The notes under the pieces: model-generated | What the model was told of the DNA's origin: nothing | Databases searched by the model: none | Seen by the model: only the letters and a program-made list of their open reading frames with translations | Program-made: the position numbers and the translations under genes | Part shown: positions 14,101 to 29,210 of the stretch, piece after piece | How the letters are laid out: each line of letters opens with the position of its first letter | Numbering within the stretch: position 1 is the first letter of the stretch | NCBI GenBank assembly: GCA_000320545.1 | Contig: ADNK01001699.1 | Coordinates: forward strand, 79,135-143,134 | Length of the DNA stretch: 64,000 bases | Direction: 5' to 3' | From: Bigelowiella natans CCMP2755 | Lineage: Eukaryota > Protista > Cercozoa

Positions 14101-17100
14101 ACCACTTGGTTGGAGAACCAAGCCCTCAGTCCCATTAAAGCCTACTTTTTTCTTGATGGCCTCAGTTTTCCCAACAGGATCCTTGAAAACGAATTTGTTG
14201 TCTTCTTTTTCTCCTTTTTTCCTCTCCTCCTCATTCAAAGCAAAGAAGTGGGCCATCATGGCGTGCGGTTTACCCGTTGATATCATCAGTAAGTCCTCCT
14301 TAGATGGCACTTCTCGCCAGATGCCAAGATGCTTAATCATGCCCTTAAAGCAGTCTTTGTAACCAGCTTGACGGTCACTACCGATCCAAGCCTCTTTCAT
14401 TTCTACCATACCAAGAACTCCCTCCTCCTCCTCCCCTCCCTCCGCGTTGGATCTAAAACCATTATGAATAACTTCTTGTACCTTGACTCCATTGTGGTGA
14501 AGACTGATAGCTGCGCCGCGAGGATTGTGCACGAACGCAATTGACTCCCACACTCCCGTTCTCAAATCTACCTCATCGAATATTTTGACGATTGGTTTCT
14601 TTCCACGCGCCTTCCACATCAATGCTGGCTTTCCATCTGCTGTAACAACCCAGTCCACAAAGGCGTCTTGTACCTCGAATGGGATCAGCTTTTTGTCTCG
14701 GATTTTTAGGCCATATTTCTGGAAGACATTAATGTAGCAAGCTTCGACTTCGTGTTGTGAAAGCGATTTATTAAAAAACCTCGCGCATTTTATTTCCAGA
14801 TCTCTGTCGCATCCAATAGCACTCTTTTTACCCGCATCCTCAAACGTGCACAGGCCAAAGATAATGCGCGAAGAATCTGAACTAAATTTCTGCTCTTTAC
14901 ATTTTGCAGGTTGCCCATAAGATTTACCATTTCGATAGCAACGAATATGTCCACCACTCGAAAAACATACAACGATGTGGATCCAATCCTTGCTCTCATC
15001 TAAAGACGGCGGAGCTTTGATTTGAATTGTTCTGTTGTTTGAGTAGGCCGTCCAAGTGTTATTGGCACCGTGTACTGCAATACCCTCCGCTGCGTTTTTG
15101 GAATATGTCAATCCGGTAGTTGAATTTTCACTGAAGATCTGGTCAAGTACCATCACCCCCTGCCGCTGCTCTGTTGAAGAACTAGAGGAAGATACTACCT
15201 TCACCAACAACTCGTAACTACGATTTTTGCCAACATTGTCCAGATTTGGCGTCATCGCATATCCCCCGTTTGATCCTGTTTTCAGAACACCGTCCTTGAT
15301 GGTGGCACCATGAGCCATTGATAAATCTAAGGATTTTTTCTTGTCAAGAATATTCTTCCCCAGTCCCACCATATCTTTTCCAGTGCCGTTGGAGAAGTCC
15401 CATTCAGCATATGGCTGAGGGGGGTTATCATTCAAGGCCGATACAAATCTTCCAGAGATTTCTAAGTCTCCGCGAACAATGGTTGCGGCTGGTCTCACAG
15501 GCATGGTAATACCCTTGCATTTTGCCTTGATAATTTCTGTTCCGCGCTCCTCAAAGAAGCGTAAAGTGCCTCTTTCGCAGTCGAGACGCAGGCGAAGAAG
15601 GGTCGTGCGGCGAGAGCGAAAGGAAGAAGAGCGGCCAATTTCTAGCTTCTTCCACTCTCTTCCGGTCATAATTCCCCAGCCCTTGAAGTCTTTGTCACCG
15701 ATATTTCCGTTCATTTTATTTTTGAAGAGAGAATCGGTGATATGCGTGACTGGAACTACACCAATTGCAGCGGACAAGTCTTCAGCCTTCGACTTATCGT
15801 CATCTGCCATTATTTGCACGGTCCACTCATGCACGCCTTTGAAGAGAACTGTATCACATGCAACGTGCGACAACCCATCTGCTGATGCGTGAGTAGATTG
15901 GTTCGTGAGTATGACGGAGCCATTCTTGTATTTGCTTCCCCACGTAGCCACGCGCATCGGAATCCCCGATGTAGAACTCCCAAGAATTACACCACCTTGC
16001 TTGTGGCAACTCTCAAAAGCAAACTTGCTGGGCATCTTTACTTTCACTGACAATGCAACAGGACTTTTCAGTTCCTGCGAGAGTTTTGCGGCATATGCCC
16101 CTGCAGTGCGAAAACATCCTACACTACTAAAGTCATCAGCAGCCTCGTCTTGGCTGCTGCTGCTTCTTCCCTGAGTTTTGTGATGATGATCACCAAAGTG
16201 GACCAAGTTTACTGGTTTTTTTGGCTGCTTAGATGCAGCAAGCTTGATATCTGCGAGAATAGTAAACTTGGACACTGTGTCATCGGTCGGTACCTCGGGT
16301 TTTAGCCCTGTGGAGATACTTACCTTGCCACCATTCTGAATCACAAGCCCTCTAGTGCGTAGGGGGTCTACCGTTACGTTACCTTGAATAGAGATAGGAC
16401 ATCCTTCCGTCAGGAGTGCCTTCTCGTCGATCTGGGTCAAGTCATAGTCGGAGACCGTGTCTTGCATTGTTTTACTGAGTTCTGTATCAGTGATGGCGTA
16501 TTTCATGTCACCACCCATAAAGCTTGAAGCGTACTCGGGGTTTACTACCATAGGCCACAATGCTGCATCTGATACTCTGACTTCCTCGTTTCCAACCTTA
16601 ACAAATGTTAGCCTATGATCTGCCTTAGTGTCCATGACTTTCTTTCGATATTGCTGTTCTTGTTCTGCTCCTCCCCCTCCTATATACTTGCTCGTAACCA
16701 CCAAATCATCGTTGATGTAAACTCGCACAGGTTTAGCAGCTGCAGCTGGCACCGCCAGCATGCATGTAAAATAGTTCTTTACATCATCCAGGGCATTTTT
16801 TTGCTCCTCATTCAGCGCCACAGTAGTGATTTTTTTATTTCCAGTTTTGAGTTTGATCTCGGAGCCGTTGTGGATGGACAGCTCGAAACCTAAGTCTTTC
16901 GAAGATAGCAACTCTACGTTTGTTGCACCTCGGAGACGAATCGAAGCTGTTAGCCCTGGCTCAGAATCCTTCCACTTGGACGACAAGATGTTGAAGCGAG
17001 GGAGGCCGGAAAGACTGACATGAAGGCCATTTTTGCATAGATCGATGGAGCCGGATTTATTGTAGTCACAAGGTTTCTCAAGGGTAGCTGGCTGATGCAT

Positions 17101-20100
17101 ACCCAAATTGCATGGCACAAGCAGTGGCATACATTCTAAACTTGATTCATACGCGAAGAAATGAGCGACAGATTCCCAACCTGATCTTAATCCTTTTTCA
17201 ATCTTGTATTCACCATTTTTATGTAAACTGTGATACGTGGCGGAAGCTCCAGCCTTAGGCTCAGTGAAAGCGTAGAAAAATTTCAATCCTGTTGGTGTCG
17301 ACTCCCAGCTGCTGCTGCTAGGTTTGGTGTTGGCAACGACGACACGGTAATACGTTGTGGTGGAGTTGGTTTCGTCTTCTCCTTCCCTTTTCTTAAGCGA
17401 TGCCGCCTGAGCCTCAATAATGAATTTTTGGGTGCCTTTAACGGGCTTGGAGAATACATAAAAGGCTTTGCCATCGGGCGCACCACCTTGGCTGCTGCTG
17501 CTGTTGCTGTCAGGTGGGCCAGACGGCATGTACCGGATAATGGTGTTTTTGTGATCGAGACAAACCTTAATGAGGCCGAAGCTTGACATTGGATCCTTTT
17601 TGGCGCTGAGAAAACAAGCGGACGGATAGAATCTTCCGCCACTACTACCGCGTTTGGCCCATTGACGTACACCATCTAACTCCCGTTGTTCACCCTCGAC
17701 TACCACCATAAGATTATCCATCATTTCGAGTGCTGCAATAGATGACGGGTACTTGACGGTAACTGGGGTAGGACAGTACTTATGGGTAGTATTCTTGCGG
17801 CCCATTGCGACATTGCCATATCCCCAAGTGTACAGCTTGCCTTCTTTTGTAATGGCGGCACAGTGATAGTACGCGCAGGCGAAGTCAACGAAGCACAGAT
17901 CTTTCTGAAGAATTGGTTTCGGCTGATATATTGAGGCTGTGTTGGAATGCCCGAGAGATCCACAGTAGTTGTAGCCCCAAGAATACATCTTGCCTTTGTC
18001 ACTCAGAACATATGTCGTTTGTTGTGTGCATTTTATTTGAATGATTACATCATCCTCTTCCGACCGAACTTTCAGCAGTTTCGGCTTGTGTAGCTTCGTA
18101 TTTGGATTTTTATGACCATGGTACGGATTATTCCCCCATGTGTAGAGCTTTCCGTCGGCAGTGACGCCACCAGCCATATAATTACTTTGTGCCACTTGTA
18201 CGAATCCATCCTGAGGACAGCCTTTGATTTTAGTAGGAGATGTCTTATTGCTGGTGCCTTCCCCAACGCAACCATAATACCCATAACCCATACCGAAAAG
18301 TGCTCCAGATTCGCACTGCACAAACGAGTTGTAATACCCTGCAGCCACGAAGCGGAAGGTCTGACCTTCATAATTCGCATGCTTGAGCTGTTTCGGATTG
18401 AATGTGTTTTGGTTAGAACCATCGCCAAGTTGCCCGTTACTATTGAATCCCCATCCGAATACCTCCGATTCGGTGCAACATATTGTGTGATATGTGCCTG
18501 TTGCGATGCTTTTGATCTGCTTCCACTCAATCAAGCCTTTAATCTGTTTGGGGGTATTGATGGCTTGCTGGTGGCCAGTACCAAGACATCCATAGCTTCC
18601 GGTTCCATACATAAAGACCTTACCGTCTGCCGATAACATCGCCATGTGGGTTTGGAAGTAGGACATGTGCACGATTTCAGCCTCCTCAAAGCTTAGGTCA
18701 TCTGACTTTTTGAAGTCCTGAAATTCGTTCGTGTTAATGCCGTACTTAACCCCAATGACTTTGAACGCATCTCTCTTTGTTGGTGCAAAGTACAAGCTGT
18801 CCGAACTACCACCACTTTTCTTCTTCTTAGAAACCTTCTTGGCAGCATCTTCTGCGTTCTGGGAGTCCAGGATGTCGGCAGGACTTCCTTTCGCAAATCT
18901 GTCAATCGCAAGGGCCCTCGATTGGAGATTTTCAATGGAAATGCCCATTCCATCGGCAAACTCAGGAATAACTTCCAGACTGCGGGATAGCAGTAACCGA
19001 ATGGCTTCTTGCTCTTTTACGGCCCTTGAACAAAGAACGGGCCGATTCAGCATGCCCTGAAGAACCTTTAAACACATACGTCGAACTCGTGGAATCAGTC
19101 TCTTTGCAGACTTGTTGCCGCCGCTGCTATTCTTTGAGTCCCCCTTTGTGTCATTGTCTTTGTTTTTTTCGTTGTCACAGCTGCTGCTTGAGGTTAGGAA
19201 TTCCAGGATTAAGATCAGAATCTTGGTTGGTTCTGTGAGGCGGTGGTACGGCACGGGGGCTTGCAAGATTCTGAGCGAATCAAGCTTCGTGACCCGAGTA
19301 ACCGCCTCGTCGACCAGCACATCACAGAATGCGATATCCCCTCCGTCATTCTTTCCCAAATCAACGTCTATGTTTTTAAATTTGGCTTCCAGTTTCGTCA
19401 CGACACGTACGATAATACCAGTCTCCTCCCGACCATTCTGCTCAATTGCGACACTTGATCCCTCGTGCAGTGGCTCTTCCTCCCCGCCTAGAAGGCACAA
19501 CGCGCTTAGTAGGCGCCATATCTTGAGGAAGTTCTGTTCAATATTGTCAAAGAACTGAGCTGGTTGCTCTTTGAGAGGAAGAAGGCAATCCAAAAGATGC
19601 TGATTGCTTGTTTCCCTCCATGAATCTCCATATTTCTTTAGCTTTTTAGGCAAAGATTCTTCCCCACCAGATAGAAGACTGCGATATAGAGCCAACTGCT
19701 CCCATCCAGGACCTGAGACTAACCCAAACCGTCGGTCAAATGCCGTTTCAGTAGGAAGTAGTTTATCTTCTTCCTTTTCCCTCAAGTTTAAGATCTCCAC
19801 TTCGTGAATCATTATGCTATGTGCCACTGAATTCATAATTCGCTCCACGAGTTCTTTACCGGATGGTACGATCATGCTCGATGAGACAGCTACAGAGGGG
19901 AGGATTGGCATCAAGATACGCCTTGAAAGAAAGACAACCGCGAACGAGGCGCCAGTCATAGCTTCATCCCCGGAAAGATCCGGTAGGGCAAGCTTGAGGA
20001 GGGTGTTAACCCAAGAAGGATTCTTAGAGAGTATCTCCACGATTCCACTGCGCTTGGACATGCGGACCAGTACCCACAAAAGTTGTGTCAATTGAATATC

Positions 20101-23100
20101 CAACTCGGCGCGACAAGGAAAGTATTTGCGCCGTATCTCCGGTGTCTGCATCTTATAAAGCTTCACGTCGGCCTGGAACCATTGTACCGATGCCTCAGCG
20201 ACATGTGCACAGTGCGATACGTCCTCCCACCATTCCCGTTCTTGCTCCGCAGTTCCCCAGCGAAACTGCGCGCCCGCTTCGGTTCCTAGGCCATCTGCAA
20301 TGGAATTGTACAGACTACCGTACAGCTCAAAACCGCTGAGGCCAAGGTGCCAAGTGTTCGTCGTATTCGGGCCTGTCATCCGCACTCTAAAGGAAGTAAA
20401 TGGCTTCTTATGGAATCGAGAATCAATGGCCCAAGTGTTCACGCAATTCGAGCCTGCAGAGAAGCTCTTATCATTTCTATGCTCGCTGAGAACAGTCCAT
20501 GAATCAGATTCCCTAGCGCGTGCCTCAAGTACCCAGTCAGTAATGAAATAACCGTCTCTGTCATAGTGCTTGAGGGAGTAGTCACTCACACTAATACAAC
20601 GAGGAGCGAAATCATACTGAACCCATGTATTTTTTTGTCCAGAGACTCCCGCGACTGTGATGACCTTGCCATAATTGTCGAGAGAGAGATGTGGCAAAGC
20701 CCCGCTCTTTTGGGACGAGTAAGCTACACTAATAACCTTGTTTTCACCCGTCGCAGGGTTTGAGTATTGGGCAGCTTTACCTTGATTGGTTCCGAGAAAG
20801 TACACGATGCCTTTTTTCCCTAAGCCCTTGCTCTCTTTACTCGGTTTCCATGGAAATTTACGCCCATCGGCTACCAGTAGTGACATGTTACGTCGAAGCT
20901 GTGGCATCACCGTGGGCAAACCAGCAGGCCCAAAGGCTTGGTTCATCACGGATTCGGCAAGTGACGTTTTTGTTGCCTTCTTCCCCGCAGTGACGATATC
21001 GGTACTTGACGTTGAGGACTTCTTTGAGTTGGCGCAATTTCGTGCCTCAAGTAGGCAGATAATTTGTTTTTGCAAGTTCTCCAGTATCAAGGGTGGAAGT
21101 TCCGTAGCTATCCCTCCCGTGGATGCATGCTCGGCGCAAATGTATGCCACCATGCGAAATACAATCCACGCAGCATAGCGTACGCGAAAACCCTCCGTAG
21201 TGGTGGACCATTCGGCTGAGCCATTAGAAAGGAGCGTGTTGAGAGTCCCAAGGTCCTTGTTCGTTTTAAGCTCATGCATGATAGGAGGATCTCCACACGG
21301 TAATGCCATCATTGGAGCAATACGGTCTAGAACCTTAGACTCGACGATACATCTTAGATCATTTGGTTTAAGGTCTATGTTGCAGAGCTCTAGAAGAGCC
21401 ATTTTTCCGGCCTCGTCCAGCTGTTAAGAATAATAGAGGAGAATATATAAATGAATAATTGTAAGGACGCTATATTTCAGGGTTTGCACACATAGGAGCT
21501 ATCATGCCTACTGCTCACTGCCTCCCTCCACAAAGATATAAAGAAATTAAATTAAAAATTAAATTAAAAACAAATAATGAATCCACACATTATCATAATA
21601 ACTAGTAGTTACCTTGGGCATGTTAGCCATCTTCGAGATCAAGTGGTAGTAAGCAGTTTCAAGAGCAGTGCTGAGTACAGGGCCTACATTGTGCACGTCT
21701 GAAAGATAATGTCTCGTCTGAGTTACCAATCCAGCTGCTTCTGCGGAGGAGAACTTTCTTATTTCTTCAGCAACATTGACAAAATCACCCGCCACAGCAG
21801 AAACAGACAAGAGTGACGGCGGAACTAGTGTGGTCTGACCACCCGCCCCCGTGTAAGTACACTTTTTCTTGTTGAATGTCAGACGAGTGGAACAACCAAC
21901 GGTCAAGCATGGAAACAGAAGTTTGCTTGGAAGCTTCTTGTGCTCGCCTGTCTTATTCCCATTTTCAAAATAGGAGATGACAAGATCATCCATATTGAGG
22001 ACAATCTTTACAATTGTTCCCCCTGCCATCGCCCTGTTACCTACCTGGAGACGATTATTGAATCCTCCTCCAGGATTATGACTCCCTGGATATAAAGAAT
22101 AAGCCCAGGTTTGATCCTCGTAGCCTAACTTGCCATCTTGCCACTTATTAAAATCCTTTGTGACGACACCAACTGCACCGTAGCAGCCTGGGGCATTAAC
22201 GGTAAACTCAAGAGTCAAAATTCCACTGTCAATGCCAGCGCGGAGACGTATGCATCGATGTCCGCAGCTTTTAGTGCTATTTTGGCGGCGCACAACTGTG
22301 TTGCCTCCCTCTTCCACTACTTCAATGTGGTCACTACCGTTCTTTTCGTCCCATTTCAGATCTTCGGGAGCGAATGATGATGCGGGGACGGAGGACAATG
22401 ATGCGCTGTTCTTTTCCAATACTTTCTCATCGTGTGCGGTGTCTTTCAGAGCCAATACTAACTGAGAAAAGTGTTTTAGTCCACAAATTCGCGTGGTTGC
22501 TCGTTCTTCTTGTTTGTTGAGAGCCAGACGACCTAGTTTGATATCAACCTCGTACTCGTCTGCACAAGCAAAATCTATAACTTCATGAATCACTTTAATT
22601 TCATCTGAATTAAAGGAAGAGAGAATGAGGTCTCCGCTCCCGCTTCCTGATTCGTTTTTTAGCATTCTTTTGAAGGTGTTCATCGATCGGATGGTATTGC
22701 GAACGAGGGTCAAGACAGTTTTCGCTTTGTGCCACTTAGATTTGGATTTGAGCTTGTTTGTAGTTGTAAGGGAATTGGTACGGCTCAGCGATGGTCTGCT
22801 TGGCAGCAGCGCAGAAGCCGCTCCCTTCACCTCCAATTTCTGACGAGCTACTTCCGTGACAGACGAAGCTTGTTTAAGGGCCGGATAAAAATCGAGAATG
22901 AATTCAATTCGCGACATCAATTGTTTGTGAAAGTTTTTGACGTCCAAGCCTTGCCCTTTCATTCTTAAGTAACGCCTCCGCACTTCACTTGTACATGTGA
23001 GGATTTGGCCTAGCTGCTTTGGCAAGTTCTTCTTGTCGTCGATACTGGAGAGACCCCCTTTCTTTGCAGCTTCTCGGACAGCAGGAAGTAACCCTGTATG

Positions 23101-26100
23101 CTTAACTGCGGCAATGAATAATGCTCGCATTCCCTCCAGAACCAAGGGTTTTATAGATCTATATACGCGCTTGGTGGCACGCGCTTGGCCACTCTCCGCC
23201 AATACCTCTGCCATTAGCTTCGCTGCGGTCTCTCCATTTGAGATTACGCTTTTCATAAAAGCAAAATCACTCTCCTCCTCCTCTTCACTATTGGCACTGT
23301 CAGTGCCCTTGGAATCGGTATTCTTCTTATCTTCAAGACCAGATTTGAATAGAGAAGCCCGTAGCCATTTGTCAGCACTAGCTTCTTCAGAAGATCGTGG
23401 GCTTGACTTAACCATTGAGGCGCTGATTCTTCCTGCCGTATGCGAAATTAGACGGAAGAGCTCACCGACTAACCATGTTGCCTTAGGTTCGGCATTGCAT
23501 ATGACAGGATCTACCCACACCGCTTTTGTATCTTTGTCGTCCCCTTTACAACTCACACGTAGGGAAATTTCTCTCACCTGCATGAGACATCATACGACGG
23601 CGACGACGACGACAAAAGTAGTAGCATTATCCATAAAGTTGTTCACAATTTCACCAATATAATATTTGTGCTTGCACGATACTATTACGTGCGATGCCGC
23701 CTCCACTTTTTTCTAGCATATTATCCTACTATCTCCCCTTTCTAGCATACCTTGTCTGGAAGAGGAACTCTGAATTTCTCAATTTCGCCTTTATTTAATA
23801 TGGGTTTTGATTTCCACTGCTGCTTGCCATCAGCGAAAATTAAAAATTCTAGCTCCGATCCCAACTGAAGTATAATAATGTGTTAATAATCAATCACTTA
23901 AATGTTGCATTTCTGTTAGATGATAACAATGATGATGAAGCACACACCACACGCCCATCATATTTAGCAAACTAGTAGTCAAAGCCGTATTCAAAGGACG
24001 ACATGTTCACTGCAACTTCTATCTGCAATTATCTTATTACTACCTTTTTGACCGTGTCGTTCAATGCTACGGCGCCATCCACAACTAATGGTCGTGGGAG
24101 GCCACTGGGAATTTTGAACACAGCATATGCCTGGCAGCCCTTTTTAGCATGCATTCCTATTCCTCTCTTACGTGGTACACCATTCACAACAATATTTTCA
24201 TCATTGATCCCGAGCTCACCATTCCTACCGATTACACCGCGCCCAACGAGACAACGGCTTGGCTCAATCGCACACAAATCGCGGGTCACGGGTTTCTCGT
24301 CCAGCTCGATGGCAGGTTTGACTTCCCTGAGAGCAAGCAAAGTTTTCCCAACTTGCTTTGCAAGTAAGATAAGGGACGGGGTAATCTTGAGGATCAGCGG
24401 TAAATGATGAGAGTTGAGAGATTGTAATCCAACAAGTACATCAATCAAAACTTTCACAGCGGATGTCTGTTTTAGTCTATTATTCGCCAGCATAATACAA
24501 TGTTCAAGATTTCTTCCTTTTGGGTCGCTTGCATCGCCGATTGTAGATAGAATATTCCAAAGCTTTTCTGATTGGTCGTCTGTAACCCCAACGTCTGCAC
24601 ACATCTCTTTGTACTCATCCCTTGTCGTTGATAGAATATACTCTAAGTCGTCGTAGCCTTCTTCGTCAAATTTGTCCTGGAGCTGCGTGAGATTCGCAAG
24701 TTTTAGAAGATCATCGATAGTCTCAGGTTTGGATGGAGGTCTCCATCTGCTTATTTCCTCAACTTTCTTCTCATAGGCATTAAGTATTTTGGTCGATCCT
24801 CGAAGTAGCTTATCACCAATCAAACTCACAATTCTCTCATATTCACCAGCCATATTTTCTGCATCTGCCACTGTCATTTTGTCCAAAATGAGGGCCTTCT
24901 CAACCGTGATTCCCTGCTGTCCCAGTAGACCAATTGCAAACGTCCAGGTCGTATCAATATCGGCCCTCTTTGAGGCGACACCAACCAGAATACCGTTGAT
25001 TGCAACTTCGAGTCGTATAGACTTTGAACTAGTGGTGAAAGTTGTGGTGACGTTATCACCCGCTTTGATGTCTGACATCGACCCTACAGCAGGCTTCTTC
25101 AGGATATTAATATCTTCCATGTGTTGATCAGATTTCCCTCCTCCTCCTACGAATTCCTTGGTGATAAAGTTAAATCCAAACCCTATATCTTCAATTGTAT
25201 TTTCTGACGATGACACCTTTGAGTCGGATGATGCCACAACACCAACAACGAAACATGAAGAGCGCTCTTTTTCTTCTCCCCCTTCTTCACTTCCCTTGGA
25301 AATGGAATCGATGACCATTGTTGTTACGTAGCGAGTATTGACGAGGTCGTATGGAGAAGCTGCTCGAACTATTTGCAGCACTTTTTCTTCTTGATTCATA
25401 ATTGTTGCCTGGTTGTTAGAGAGGGTAGTAGTAGCATTTCCCGAGCTCTGCGAATTAAATCGAAATTCAAGAGGCTTGCGGTACGCCTCCTTCTCCTGCC
25501 TATCAAGTCCTTCTCCTAAAAAATAATCGTAATGGAGTCACTTCTTTTTCTTAAAAATAATTTTTAATTAAAAATCTTGGTGGTGCTTGATAAATGAATT
25601 TCATTTATGAATCAATTAGCACTTTATTATTTTGCTCGCTAAAATGTCCAATCATCTGGGGTTGTTGAATCATCGTTTTTTATCTCCCAACCAAAAATAT
25701 CCTTGTTTTTAAATTCTGATGCTACTCTAAATTAGTGTGCTGCACTTACGCTCTGACTGCCAGTGAAGTATTCTAGCAAACATGTGCCTGACTAGGTTCG
25801 ACAACGATCGCAGTTCAAGAGTCTCTTCAATACCGACTAATGGATCACCGGATAGTTCCTGAAAATATAGATGATTACAATTTGATTGAGAGCCAGTTTC
25901 ATATTTGCAGTGCTTTGTGAGGTTTGCATTCTATGATTATGGTTAATCAGAAAATACTATAACATTATTACCTTAATATCGTGCTCCACCACAGTATTTG
26001 TCAGCTGAAGTATGAAATCGCTGAGAATCGAGCGAAACTTCCCTTCAGAGGATGACTCAAATTCTTCGAAGGTCTCATATCCTACCGCGAATTTTGCAAA

Positions 26101-29100
26101 TCTTTCTCGAATCACCTAGATTTTGCCCAAAATATTAGCACATCCTGTTCTTATTATTTAAACGAATTGTTATCTTTACTACGCCACAAATCACCTTGAG
26201 GATCTCCAACTCCGCTTTTGTTGTGTACTGACTAACGTTTGCGGAGTACTCAAGCTGTTCCTGGATCCGCTCAGTAAATACACTCAATCCATCTCTCAGA
26301 AGTGCAAGAGCTTCCTCCTGAATGAGTTTCTGTCCACAAATAACAAGCTTTTCCATGTCTGTTCCCTCAGCTGCTGATGCTGCTGCTTTGGTTGGAGTTT
26401 CACGGATTATTCGGCGAACATTGGAGAAGAGTTTGTGCAAGATCATGCTGTCAACGCCAATTTCTTCCCTTGAAAGCCCTGAGGCAACGATTTGTTTGAA
26501 ATGTACCCGCAGAAGTTGAAGTGAAGATATTCCCGTGGAAATGATAGACACAAATTCATCTTCGTCGTTATGAGACTCCGATGTACATGCTACCAAACTA
26601 TGATCAACCAGGGAAGCCAGAGAATGGATGCACTCTGGCGATACATCGACACAAAGCGGGTCCTTCATTACCACATCATCGTTGGAATTCAATGCAGCTA
26701 TTTCTGATGGGATCTTTACACTTGAATCCAGTTTTACGCCATAAAGGGAAGCAAGGTAAGCCTCGACCTTGATCCTTTCTTCATCAGAGAGAGACCTTTT
26801 GAATGCTGTAATATGAGCAACGTGGAAGTCTGCGCTAGAATTTGATTGTCCACGCCCGATACAGATCGTGCCCGGTTGAGGTTGGTTGGACGCTGCAAGC
26901 CGTAAAACTCCATCTCTGAAAAGAAAAGGGGGGCAGGAGGATGGGCAGGAAAAGGAGAATATAACACGGGGCTCACTCGGTAGCATATTTACTCGTATAT
27001 TTTGAAGAAATGTTATCCGCATTTTGAGTAAGTAGGATGTTGGAACTTTTTAAGGTGGAAGTAAGTAGCATTTGGGGTGAGAAACTATTTGCAGCAATAT
27101 TTTGTTACTACAATGTTTAAGTGTTCATACAGTCTCGTACTACCTGTATAGAGCGACGGTATTATTAGGAGGTGCCGATCGGAGGGTTGTGATGCGAAAC
27201 TTGCCCAAATCGAGAGATGTACTCCTCTGTAACTCGGTGCTCCAATGAGAGGTGTTAGATTGCACCGTTCTTTCTGCCGGAACGGTCTTATCCACGATAA
27301 AAATTGTACTACTTCCAGATATTGGTGGCTTCAGTAGCATACCAGTCGTTGCTGAATATTATGTAAAACCACCAAAATTTAGTAATGAACCTGTGTTGTC
27401 TCCAGATTTTAAGAAGTATTAATTTCCTAAATTTGCATTTATAGATTCTGAGATGTACGATATGAATAGAGTCGTTCTAAAGAATTCGCAACCCAAAAAA
27501 GCAGAGAATGAATATTTTTGTATTACAATTGCACTTCAGAGCTGTGAAGGATTTTTGTGATGCTCCATCATGACCACCGTTTGTGACCTTAACTTTATCT
27601 CCGACCTTATATCCTGGTTTTATACTACTCGCCTCAGGGAAAGTCAATTCATTTGCATCGTAGTCCATTATCAAATTATCGGTGACAGGCAACGTCCTCT
27701 TCTTTTTTGCAGTATCATCTTCTACAAGATATTGAGATGCTAACCGTGAGCACTGCGACATAATTAATGCGCTGAACATTTTCGTATTGATTTTCGCTCG
27801 GCAATTATCCCAAATTTTCTCGTCGGCCGTCACGTCTGGCAGTCCCATGTGCTTCATAAGAGTTTCTGGAAAAATCGGGAAGGAACCTTCTTTCCCTTCG
27901 AGTTTCAGTCGGGTTTTTCGTTCGCTTTGAAATTTGGCCAATTTTTGAAGCAATTTCATTGAATCTTGATCCATGACTTCCTTACTTTTTATAAGAACCT
28001 GGACGAGAGCTAATAGCTTTGGCAATGATCCAAATGCCATTGCAGCATTGAAGAGGATTTCAACAGAATTTGACGCAAGACGAGGCGAGTTAATCGTCCC
28101 ATGAAGGAAGCTCAGCATAGGTTCGATGAGTTTTGGGATTTCTGACGACATAGTCTCCGAAGGCCTCAATGAAAGTATTGGCGTTTTTCCCAAGCTCTGA
28201 GAAAATTTATCTAGCACCTTGTGAAGGAGATCTTCGTTCTTTTGTTCAAGTGCGAACTGCAAGAGCGTTACATTTGACTCCACAGCACAAACTATATTAG
28301 ATACCGAGCTATAGATAAAAAAAGAAAAGGTACATGAGGACCAACGTGTGAAATATCGTCTTATCTAAATCACCTTGCACTCAGGGACGCGCCAGCTTGA
28401 GAAACAGATTTCTTCAAACTTTCCTTTTTCTTTTCTAGGATATTTTTCTGAGAACTCCCGTGGCGCTTAACTGCATGGAGAACCTCGGCCAACAATCTTA
28501 TTCTGAGGGTATGATTCATGTGTAAATATGTGTGTGTGCGTGAGTGCATGTATAACGAATCAAGGCGCACAATATGTATAAGTAACATAATTTTATGCCG
28601 AACCTCCTATCCATCTGTTTTGCTCCAGGGTCAGCGAATAACAGCTTCGAGTCTTCAGCAAAAGCCTTTTTCACCTCGGCGTCAAGAACATCGCTGTGTT
28701 CATATAAACATATCAGAACGATGTGCATGTGGAAGTGGAATTAATACGAAAATACCTTTCTTTCAAGTCCTTCGAACTAGCCAGCGCATTTGTAATTGGC
28801 TAATGAGATAACTAAGTGAGAGCGCGTACAGGATGTTCAGCAGATATTGAACCTCTCCTTTTACGTCCTTCATAGAAAAGAACCTCGTTGAATCACGCGC
28901 ATCGTTTGCCTCAAATCCTGTTTCAAAGGTGAAATGAGTAAATTTGCATCATAGTTGATGTCATGTGCTACCAAATTTCGAGAGATCACCGCCTGGAGTT
29001 TCCAGCACTGAAAGTCCATCAAGGAACGCAAGTTGACGATCCAGCTTTGCGTCACTCATTTTGTTTTTTCGAGCGTAAGCAGCCGCCGTGCAAACTTTTT

Positions 29101-29210
29101 AGAATCTCGATATCAATGCAAAAGATAAGTTTGCAATCCTCTACTAGTTTCAGAAACGAGGGATTTCGTGCGGGGTGGACAGCGGGGCTGCCTACGAAAA
29201 TGGTACCCTC
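8152..29210 (-). CDS. Giant HERC-like HECT E3 ubiquitin ligase (>6,000 aa): SAM, NPCBM-like, several SPRY, discoidin/F5-8-like, RCC1 repeats, LamG/ConA-like, UBA, jacalin-like, C-terminal HECT
   Basis: The HECT C-lobe with catalytic Cys (FIAFVWGRSRLP...FPIAHTCGFSIELPKY) is at 8152-8652, and the N-lobe (DAGGPYRD...PLFMKSPN...FQFLGRLMGMAIRS) at ~9130-9650. RCC1 repeats (VFGWGFNSNGQLGDG, LYTWGNN, MYSWGYNYCGSLGH) are at ~17760-18680 and a UBA (LTGMGFPSHWVEQALRETG) at ~13630-13750. Co-linear minus-strand ORFs at 9019-21402, 21559-23583, 24029-25399, 26135-27022 and 27477-28283 are separated by GT-AG introns. The true start is uncertain (29.0-29.6 kb). Confidence 0.88.

Noticed and set aside
9074-25127. 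Many plus-strand ORFs
   Set aside because: Antisense shadows of the HECT ligase exons.
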